From Owenia fusiformis (taxonomy: Eukaryota), in the NCBI GenBank assembly GCA_903813345.2, contig CAIIXF020000001.1, positions 4,278,001 to 4,342,000 of the forward strand: 64,000 bases of DNA, read 5' to 3'. Both the position numbers and the translations under genes were made by a program. Shown piece by piece: positions 49,817-60,700 of this stretch. How positions within the stretch are numbered: position 1 is the stretch's first letter; every line of letters starts with the position of its first letter. The notes beneath the pieces are model-generated. The model was not told the DNA's origin, made no database searches, and saw only the letters and a program-made list of their open reading frames with translations.

Positions 49817-52800
49817 TATATCACTTTATTGCCTACATTGTACAATAGATCTATAACTTCTTTAAACCCAGAATGGTGAGTCAGATTTGGAAGAAAATTA
49901 AGCTGAAAACAATGGATAGCATGAATTTGTCCTATGGGATAATTACATGGAATATACCATTTTTAACTAATACACATTTCATTGTAATCGACCTTTCAAA
50001 AGTTACAGGTAAGTGCAGAGGAAATGTTTCATAAAGTAAAAAGAGAAAATATCCTAGAAAATATATCCAACATTTTAAAAGTTGTCTAGATAGGTCCTAA
50101 ACAGTTTTTTGAAAATTAGGAACAATATTTCTATTATCCCAATGACTTTGAAGATAATTTATTGTTTAATTAATGGAGATAGTCATGGTCAAAGATACTA
50201 CTGTCTATCATTTGCCACACCATACATGCTTTTTTTCTGTTTGGTGATATGTGCAACTCAAAGTTTATTATGCTATGAAAGTAAGTTTCTATATCACTAC
50301 TGTAAATTTATGTTACAATGCAAGGGTTCAATCATGGATACATGGGGGAGTACCTATATACCAAGTGAATCCATGCTAACCCAACTTGCAAGTATTGCAA
50401 AGGCAAACCTACAAATCTGATCATTTACCCTTTCGGACAAAATGTCTACCATTTTATTTTAGTGGCGACATAAAGACAAGGGGAGGGGGCATTTAACAAT
50501 ATATCAATCTTATAAACAAAAGCAACAAAAGGGAATTATTAAGCAAATAAAATATTTCAGTTTTATTGGGACCACACTCCATACAAAGTATACATGATAG
50601 AATACAACAATTGTATAAATGGTCTTGTATAAATGGTCTTTCTGCATGGTTTATTACACATGGTTTTGTTAGTGAGCATTTGTAATGATAAAATATAACA
50701 TAAGCTAATTAACTTGAGGAAGTTCCCTGAACCAAAAGCTCACGCATTGTACAATAAACTGTATCGACAGGGAATTCAATAATTACTATTCCTTGGCATT
50801 AGAACCGATTATTGGTGTAGTGTCCAAAGTATATGTCTTTTTGCGACACAAAGTAATCATTTCTAAATTACCCTTTCAGGGTCTAAACGTGCATCTATCT
50901 AGGATTATTCATACATATATATATATTTTGATTATTGTAATTATATCACATTTGTAACATTATAATACTGTTCATTTTATTTTCTAATTAGTAAGTTTGT
51001 CATAATTGTAATATCAAATACTGAAACATTGCATAAACATTCCACATACTATTATTTTACAGTCAAAGTAGCACTGCTTGTAGTAAAAACTGAGCAGAAT
51101 GAGCATTTCATTACTTGCCTTTTAGGGAGGGGGCTTTATATGCAGGTTTGAATCCATTCTATCAATGGCTAATGGAAAAGTGTGGCTATTAATATCATAT
51201 TTAGGCCAAAAATCCAACTGAAAATATATCAGATTAGAGGCCCGGCATCTTCAGGCAGGTTTTGAGTCCTGGGAGCTTCTTAAAATGATTTTTATAGGCA
51301 AGTTTGATTTTTAGGAAATTCAAACCATACTTCACTCAGTGTCACTTTTCTGAGCTGAGAGATAACCAAGTACTAATAATACATGTTGTAAAACTTCACT
51401 TGTGTTTCAAATACTGTAAAAATGATTTTACTTGAACTTAAACTTCAACAATATAAAAACAAAACTTCAACAATTTATAGATCTATACTAAAACATAAAA
51501 TATTTCACTAAAGCCTGAAAGTAACATTGATTACAAAATCATTTTTACCCGTGTCCGTAAATACTGTTTGCACCACTTTGGTAGACCTTTCCAATATATC
51601 CTGCCATTTTTTGACAGATCAAGAAAGCTAGAATACATTGGTGAAATTGATGATGTCATTGGTTGTAAACTAAATTCTAAGAAGTTTTTCAAAATAAGTG
51701 ATAAGTTGATCTTATTGTTGTTGGGAACCTTGCAATCAACAAGCATCACCAAGGTAACCAATATGTCCTGGATTCTTATACACAGTAAAAGTTGCAGTTC
51801 ATTAGAAAGTTCAATTATATCAAAAAGAAACATTTTAGCAGGTTGATTAATAACAAATTACACTCAAACTATCTCAGAAACTATCCCAAACGTCTATACT
51901 CATGCATGATAATTTCTAATTAATAAAAAATTGTGTTTTTAATTTGAACAAAAATTAATAACATGGTTGATTAACTTGGACAGTAAACATATTCACAATT
52001 ATGGCAGTTTCAGTGTTCCACTTTGCACACAAAAGTGTATACTGGCCCATTATACCACACACAAGTCCTAATATTACACACTAGTTGATACAAGTTCATT
52101 AGTTATAAAAAAGCATTATGAAACAAGCAGTATAAAATATAAATCATTCAATATACATCTGAGCTATATAACAATAATATTATCGTACTTATACTAAAAG
52201 TCTACCAGCCAAGTACAACAGGTACCATCATGTATTTGATAACAACTAACTTATACACATAGGATCCTATTAGTGGAAAATAAATGTCCTGGCATTATTA
52301 CTTTGACGCATCTTAACCACCTGTTACAATATCTTCAGTAAGAGTAAATTTCTGTCTACTTAAAGGTAGTAAATACAATGTATACCATTAGAGAAAACTA
52401 TCAATTAACTTATAGATAGAGATGGCATCCAAATGTCAACTGTTGTGAAAAAATAATCAATTTTTTAATGTTATCTTTAACTCCATTGCCTCTGCTTATT
52501 ACAAGTTTAAAATATGAATTAGGTTACATTTCCAATGAGGCATTAATATGTTAAATGTAACCACTTGCAATCTGATACAGACACTGACTGCCGAACATCA
52601 ACCGCTGAACACCATTCACAAAAATGGAGATTAATACAATACGTCACTACTCTGGTGGTGGCATAAAATCAAGTAACAATTATCATTTACAGATTTACCC
52701 CCGTCCTCCTCCTGATAAAATTGTCATTGTTTCCTCACAACTCTTGAATTTTGGACACCCTCCCTGACAAGTAACATTGTTTCCTTAATGATATATATAC

Positions 52801-53272
52801 CAGCTACTAAAATATCTACATGTACCTTAAACATGAATCAAATGATTCCATAATCTCTCTTGACATAATTGCTACATGTATTATAATTTTAATAACAAAA
52901 AAATAATTCAACAATAAACCAATTTATCAAAAATTCTTCATATATGGCTTAACAATATTGTTAGAACCTGAGGCTGCCCTATTAAAACAGTGCATTTACT
53001 TGAAACATCATAATCAGTCTTCAATTGGGAAGGAATCTTTTAATATGTAACTTGGATTTAGAGTCAATGTTTTTTTTTACTGAATTCTTGTATGATGTTT
53101 CCAAGTATGTGCACAGTTAATATAGAAGTTTTGAAATACTAGGAAAATGCATTCATATGGTATTGCTATAGTAATATGAATCTAATAATATGATTCATAT
53201 TGATCAGTTGTAATCACTGGGGTGCAGTATACATGTACATTGTATTGTACAAAACATACACTAAAAGTTCAC

Positions 53273-54442
53273 TTAATTCCATGACGTGATCAGTTTCTCA
53301 TTTCCACACATAGTTTGTGACTTTTTCACCATGTTAAACATTTCCATAAGTTGAGTAGAATTCACTTGGTGCACTTGGAACAAATATCTGAAATTACACG
53401 TCGACCATTTGGTATTATGGAACGTGAATCGGAAACTATTCATCGGGGATATGTTGATTTTATCCACTAAAACCCCAATATAAGCATCTTCATTGGGAAA
53501 TGGTGGGACAGTTTGACTAGTTTCAATGATATCATGTAGCACGTCATGTGATGTGATATACCCTGTACCACTTGCATATTTAGGGTAATAATCTGGTGCA
53601 TAGTGTGACTTGGGAACATACCAACGATTATCTGTATTTCGTATCACTTGGCGTTTTTGTTTCTCACTGAATACATTTCCAACATATAGTTTTTCGGATT
53701 TCTTATTATGACTGACCAAGAACTTTGGTAAGTACATTGTGTTTATGAAACAATCGTCATCAGTTTTCAAATAATATTGAGACAGACAGGACGTGGAAGC
53801 CCAATGGAAGCCATGAAGCACCTTGTACGTTAAGTTCCTGTAAGTATCCAAATAGGCACCTTTAACAATATCACCGTAAGTTTGAATTTCACGATTGACT
53901 GCAATATTAAGATCATAATCAGGTGTTTCACCGATTAGAAATACTGTCTTATATTTATGACCGGGGCTGCCTTGGATACTAGCCCAAGTATTACGTATTG
54001 TGTTACGAATTTCCTTATTCTCTGGGGATGAAGTCACTAAAATTAGTAACAACAACTCCGCAGGACATTTTGGCTTTGGTAACCCATCACGCTGACCACC
54101 ATCTATTTGACTAAAACTCCACTGTGTTACAGCTGCATCTTGGTTAATAATGCTGTCAAAGTTATATGCATGCTGACCACTGATTCTTATATGACGCCCC
54201 TCATCTCTAATGAAATCATAGTTCCCGTCAGAGAAAGTCGGCTTGTTTGTATAACTCAAAATAGCCAGAGGGACGACGCTGAATAGACAGAGTATGAATA
54301 ATACAATGAGGATCTTCGACCATGATGTTCTACGTGGGTGCATAATGATGTTCCATGTGATGATAATGAAGATGACGGGACGAGGTGGGGGTCCCTTTCC
54401 GCTGAAAACTTCCCCAAAGACCCATCTAAGTGATGGGTACAT
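53273..54442 (-). CDS. Beta-1,3-galactosyltransferase-like (GT31) type II membrane protein, single coding exon; start at 54442 or 54343
   Basis: TM segment KILIVLFILCLFSVVPLAIL; motifs LLILVTSSPEN..RNTIRNTW, FLIG, YGDIV, DTYRNLTYK, LKTDDDCF, YPKYASGTGY, EDAYIG; likely splice acceptor at 54492-54493. Confidence 0.92.
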   Translation of the reverse strand: MYPSLRWVFGEVFSGKGPPPRPVIFIIITWNIIMHPRRTSWSKILIVLFILCLFSVVPLAILSYTNKPTFSDGNYDFIRDEGRHIRISGQHAYNFDSIINQDAAVTQWSFSQIDGGQRDGLPKPKCPAELLLLILVTSSPENKEIRNTIRNTWASIQGSPGHKYKTVFLIGETPDYDLNIAVNREIQTYGDIVKGAYLDTYRNLTYKVLHGFHWASTSCLSQYYLKTDDDCFINTMYLPKFLVSHNKKSEKLYVGNVFSEKQKRQVIRNTDNRWYVPKSHYAPDYYPKYASGTGYITSHDVLHDIIETSQTVPPFPNEDAYIGVLVDKINISPMNSFRFTFHNTKWSTCNFRYLFQVHQVNSTQLMEMFNMVKKSQTMCGNEKLITSWN

Positions 54443-55759
54443 GGTGGTGACATCTAGATCCCACTACTGGTTTCATTCATCCCAGCCCCACCTACAATGT
54501 AAATATATGTCAAACTTAACATTTAAAAATAATTTTACTGTTGTTTACATTGCATTGCAGAAAAAACTTTGTTTTGACTGGATATTCTGACCTCGTTGAC
54601 CCAGATATTTTTTTGCAAATAAACATTGCGATTTCACATGCAAAACGAACTTGAAATTGAACGATATCTTAATAAAGTTGTACTTTGTATTGTACTTCAT
54701 ACAAATGAATACATGCATTTATCAAAGCATTGGAGAATATACCCCAAATTAAGCTGTAAATTAAATACGTACCTCGAGTTTTAATATTTTCCATATGTTG
54801 CAGAGAATATCTACTCCTTGCTCATTGGCCAAAAGTTTTTAAAGTTCATGACACGCCCTAAATTGTTTCTACTTTGATAACTTTTTGAAGTGTGTCAAAT
54901 CATGGATTTAATGATTTCTTGTCAATATATTTTTTGTTATTTATCTATTTTCAAATTTAAGTTAATATGTAGGAGGGGTGTTCATTGGAGAATGTTCATA
55001 TTATTCTTCAGCCCAAAATTTGAACTCTTGTAACTTACATCCCTACAGAGCCCATGATCTCTATGGGCATTCATTGTTGTATGAATTAGTCCAGATATCC
55101 ATGACTTCTTCAGTTATAGTTCATTACATCTCAAAATATTCCATGCATGTTTTGGAAGTCCACTATTGTGAAACCATGGTAAAAGATCCTGTCAAAAATC
55201 TATTGAAACTTATACCTAGGTATGTGAGATTCACAGTAAAACAAGGCTTTAACATGCAGTGTCCTGTCATTTGTTAAGACACCGAACACGAGATGCTAAC
55301 GGCAAACACCTTCACAAAAAATGGAAACCATAACAATATGGTTCCAAAAGTGCAACAATTTGTTACAGATGCTGATTACTGAACCAAACCCCAGTTCCAA
55401 TAATGTTGTAACGATATGTCACCACTTCAATAAGACTGTCAAATCAAAACACCTCTGGGACTGGGAGTATTCAGATTAACAGGTGTTCACAATTCAAGGT
55501 TTTTTCAACATGTAGGTCAATGGAAGGTTTCAAGAAAAACTGTTCACACTGAGAAGTGTTCAGGTTTGAGAAGTGTTCGGATATACAGGTATAACTGTTC
55601 TTGTGATATAACTAGAAAATGGCAACTCCACGGAGTAGCAAATCCCAACGAACACTATATAAATCATCAATCTGTACAGTCACAATGTAATATTTACCAT
55701 CTACTCTTACCTTCAATAAATATTTTAAATCATGTAATCATACTTTCAAGATAACTAAG

Positions 55760-56556
55760 TAATGGCGAATTTCTGCTCTAGTCAGCTATTTTGAATTTTC
55801 AGAGGCACAAATCAGAAAAACAATGCCATAATTGTGATCTACTCTGAAATTCCTTCAATTTGAGTATAATCACCCTTGGTATACGCAGCTAACGAAAATT
55901 GACCGGTATGGGTCAAAAGCTGGACCGGTACGGGTTAACGGTTTTATTTGAATTTAAAATAGCCATAACTTGCTCAATATTGACTTCCTCGTGTCCAATT
56001 TGAAATATATGATGCCTCCCGATGCTTTTAAGTACCCCAATTTTTTACAGATTTTTAATTTTTAATTTAATTTAATTTTTTACAGGTACTTTAAAGCATC
56101 GGGAGGCATCATATATTTCAAATTAGACACGAGGAAGTCAATATTGAGCAAGTTATGGCTGTTTTAAATTCAAATAAAACCGTTAACCCGTACCGGTCCA
56201 GCTTTTGACCCGTACCGGTCAATTTTCGTTAGCTGCGTATACCAAGGGTGATAATATAGCCATACTTTTAAGAGATCAGAAAACAATTGCGAAATCCCGC
56301 ATTAGGCGGCCATTTTGAATTTTGAGGCCCGAATCAGAAAAACGTTACAATATTTGCAATCTACTCTAAATGGCCTTTCATTTGAGTATAATAAAGCTAT
56401 ACTTCAAAAACATCTCAAAATTAACGCAAATTCCTGTTTTCCGACTAGTATTCGAGTTATCTTCCGGACAGACGGACCGACTGACGGACAGACGGACGGA
56501 TGGACGGACGGACGGCTTTACTATATCCCTACAGAACTTCGTTCGTTGGGATAATA
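55760..56556 (-). mobile_element. Degenerate HINE-type element hosting the foldback MITE
   Basis: (GGAC/AGAC)n at 56466-56515 next to a small hairpin; repeated GCCATTTTGAATTTT and TTTGAGTATAAT monomer motifs. Confidence 0.55.
55871..56250. mobile_element. Foldback MITE with 166-bp TIRs, CAC...GTG ends and a 5-bp TSD (Transib-like)
   Basis: 55871-56036 vs 56085-56250 nearly perfect inverted arms; ATAAT at 55866-70 and 56251-55. Confidence 0.85.
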
Positions 56557-57585
56557 AACCATATCATAACAGAATAACCTTTGATTTTAGATGTATTTAT
56601 ATTTTTTATTGCAATTTCCAACTTTAGAATGGTAAAATATAAGTGAAACATTTGTGATCTTGTAGAATGTTTGTAACACCTTTATGGCCACAAATGTTTA
56701 CAAAAGAAAACAATTATATAAATGATCGAGCGATGTTCTTAGGGGTGAAACAACAACCAGATGAGTATAGTGTCAGTGGGTTGAGGGCTTCAGGTGGATC
56801 TGAATCAATGGCAGAGTTGATGCATCAAATTCAGGTTGAGTGGAACGGAGAAAAAATAAATGGAATAAAGGATCACATGAGTACGAGTATTTTACTATAG
56901 ATTGTGCTGAATTTACAAGTTGCCATCAACTGAACATGTTTGCAGTGAATTATATACTTTATTGTATGTGCATTCAAATAAAAACATAAATTAAACTCAG
57001 AAAAACTTTCAGAAAATACAAATGATCAAAAGTGATGTTTTTCAAAACATTTTTTGTACTTTGTTCACAGTCCAAATTAGAGTTGTGACCAAAATCATTA
57101 TTTTGCTGACACAAATCAAACTCAACCTGAAAATGATTTTTTCAACATGTCTCACCCCAAGATACCATGCCAAAATCTAGCCAAAATCTTTATGATATCC
57201 ATCAATTGGAATTACATGTATAACAGCTGCTTGAGGCATTAAATTGTACCAATAAGCACTTCTATCTAATTTGGATGAGAGTGGTAGAAAACTGTCAACT
57301 CTTCCTGTTTGGATACTGTGTAGTTTGGTATATCCTTCAAAAATTGTGGGATGAATTTTCCGAGCTAAAGATGTACAGCAGTGAAATCCAGTTGCCTCTC
57401 GAGAATATCATCTATTGGTTGCAAAGTCTATGGTTGCACTGGTGTATAAAGTTGCACACATTGAAATAGTTGCACATGAGATGTCCAAGAATCTGTGAAA
57501 GGTTTTCCTTTAGATATACCAACTACAGCAACTGGTCCAATATTAATTTGTCCAGCTGGTCATAAACTATAAATGAAGGCACTGA

Positions 57586-57766
57586 CTATAGAATGACTTT
57601 TCCTAAGTTTGTGTAACCAACTCCTACACATGTCAATAAGACTTTATCTCCACCTGTCCTTAACACATCTTCATCCTCATTGTCTAGGTCTCTATTTGCA
57701 TTAGTGTCATTGTCTATCTTAAACACAACCTGGAGGAATGTCTTTAAATGACGCAGGAAATGTATC
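57586..57766 (-). CDS. RCL1: RCL1 exon 8 (IHFLRHLKTF...TCVGVGYTNLGKVIL*)
   Basis: ccag| acceptor; TAG stop at 57586-57588. Confidence 0.92.
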
Positions 57767-60700
57767 CTGGAAATAAAGATGAAATAAAATCTATTAAATA
57801 TTTCATAGTGACTAATCGTATGTGAGAAACAAGAAATATGTAAATTACTTGATCCAAGCCTCTGTTTCTATTTTTCCACTTCTTAACTCCTTATTTGGCA
57901 AAACGGATGTAGGCTAGTCAATTAATAAGGAAAAGGCATATATGCCAGGTAATAGAACAAACCGTTTAAATCAAATAACTTCAAGCCCAAAATTCAAACT
58001 GCTTTCAGGCAACTTTTGAAAAAGATCTATAAATCATATCAATGAAACATGAATTTACTAGAACTGGAAGTGATATTTTAAGCCAGAATGTGAGTCGATT
58101 GTCTCATTCTAACATTGTCTGACCTATGAGTGGTAGAAGTGTTTGATACTTACGTATATTGTGATAGTGGGCCTACTTGTATTTTTGAGACATCTTGTTG
58201 ACCAAGAGCCATAAATAAACAGGCAATACTCTGACTGGCTGAGTCAACACACCCACCCTGCAACACAAAAGACCAATGTACTCATATGATATACAGCATA
58301 CAGAACATCCTTTGAGAACACTGTATTTAGGTGCAACAGTATGTATTTATGGAAGTACAAGCTGGCTGTTGTTTTGAAATGTTTTTTTTTCAGAATCTAA
58401 AAATATAATTGCGATTTCTATGCCTCTCCACCTTTATTATTATTATTATATCTTGGTTACCGCCATATTTGGCGAGCAATACCCCATTGGTATATTCCGT
58501 ATTTTTACGTATTTTACACTCGAAGACAGAGCCAGAAACCCCTCCTTGGAGGAGCCCTGTGTTCTTTTTTGTGCACAGGTACACAGACATACAGGTACAC
58601 ACCACAGCCTTTTATACGAGTCGTGAACCACTCAGTCAAACACCCAGAATTACATAACGCACAAACAAACTTGTCTGAACCGGGAATCGAACCTGGGGCC
58701 AAGCGATATTGGTAACCTTGCTCTGCCACTGAGCCATAGCGGGTGGACATTATGCACCTTACAACATTGAGTTTAGAAGCAGTATTTTAGGGATAGTGGT
58801 CATTTAAGAGAAAAACATACCCTATATATTTCATCTAACAATGCTATAGCTGTATCTCTCCCCAGCTCCTCTGGAACAGTGGGCTCACTAGGTTGATCAC
58901 CTGTGTGTTTAGGGTTGGAAGCACCTTCAGCAGTGTAGTACACACCATCTGTGGTCTCTGCTACAAGTGTCATACCAAACCCTGGGGACCTAGAGATACA
59001 TGAGAAATGCATGTTGGTCATACAAAATTCATACAGTGCAGGATATCAAAGATATATTTGGAAGCACATGTATACCATAGATTCATATGCAAAATGCAAA
59101 TATGAACAAGGCAGTAACATAACAGAACACTATCACATGAATCCATTTTGTTACAGTTGCCAGTGCCATATGCTGAACACTCGTCACCAAAATGGTGGCT
59201 TTAACAATGAAAGAAACCAAGAAGTGTGAAGTGTTTTCAAGCTATACTCACTTGCCAGACTGACTGCCTTTATAATGATCTGTGTATATGTATATATCAG
59301 GTAGGCACTTGTTGAGTACACCCCTGGCTGAATCTACCAATCTATTAGATGTGGCTGGAGACACACGCACTGCCCAGCTAAATGCAACTAAGGAAGAATA
59401 TCTTAATACTACAAAGTGCAATCATGTTTTCTACTCAGTTAGCTAGTAGTGAGCCTGTAAATTGTATTTAAAGATCTTGTTTCCTGATAATACTAAGGAT
59501 TTAACAAACTGTCGATATAACATGCTGCATAATGTTTGCAAATTCTTAAGGGTGCAGCATCTCTTATGATTTCATTCTGAGAGACAAATAATTCACTTAC
59601 TAGATGAGGAATTTATTTCAATCTCTAATAATCACAGTAAAGACACTGTTTCATATTGATGAGATAAAACAAATTAAAGGCAATTTTGATTTTTTGGTGT
59701 ATTTCAAAATCAGAACAACTCATAGTTTATATTCAACTGTTCCAAAAGGATACGCTACTCCTCTGATTCTTTTGATTTTTCCAGGAACTGTGAGCTGCAG
59801 TGGACGTAATTTTTGTTTAGTGGGACACCTAAATATCATCTCCCCTCCTCCATCTGGGGCAGCACCCCTTCTTGTCACTTTCCACTCAACACCGTCATCC
59901 GTCCCCAGAAATCTTTTTAACACAGGCAGAACTGAGTACTTCAACTGGTCTATCTAAAAGTCAGAGTAACATACTAACTGACATGCTCTTCCTTCAGGAC
60001 ACAACATATTACACATAGTAGATATAGAGTTGGTGTTATTATTGTCTTACTGTTATTACATGGCTTCACTTTCAAATAAACAAAAAACAAGGCAAGGTGT
60101 GTTAACACATGAGTTAAAAGGGTTCAACCCCTGTTATACTGCCATATATACTCCTCAAAAAAAGTTAAGGACCTCATAGGTTTACATGTTAACTCCCATA
60201 TTTGTTTGAACGACTGTTTTCTAAGCGAGGAACAAAATAAATCCCAATAAAGTAAATAAATCTGTTTCTTGATTCTATTCCCTATGAAGTCCGCAACGTT
60301 TCAATGTTATATCTCCATTACATTCGGTCAAAATTTGATGTCAGCTTAGGGGCAACTCAGATTCTGGAATATCTATTCAGCAAAACATTTATTAAAAATA
60401 CTTTCTAAGTAGAAAATTGAATGATTTTACATTTTACATGCTAAATGTCTCCTTATGTTGTTAAAAAAATTAGCGATACGGAGCGTTAAAGTAATTTTGA
60501 CCACCTCACTGAACCACCTGTGTTATTTAAATAAGAGGTTCATTAAAAAATTATTGAATTTGAAACCATTAACTTTTGTAAAGCCTGGACAATTAAATCA
60601 TATTTTTGTCAAGTGGACAATTTAGCAGATTTAATTATCTCTTACAATTTGAATTTTGAGAGCAATCGGATGGATAGATCATTCCTCATATGACTTATGG

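Noticed and set aside
58676-58748. tRNA gene
   Set aside because: A and B boxes are present but there is no convincing cloverleaf, and the sequence continues into a SINE body and (TAA)n tail.
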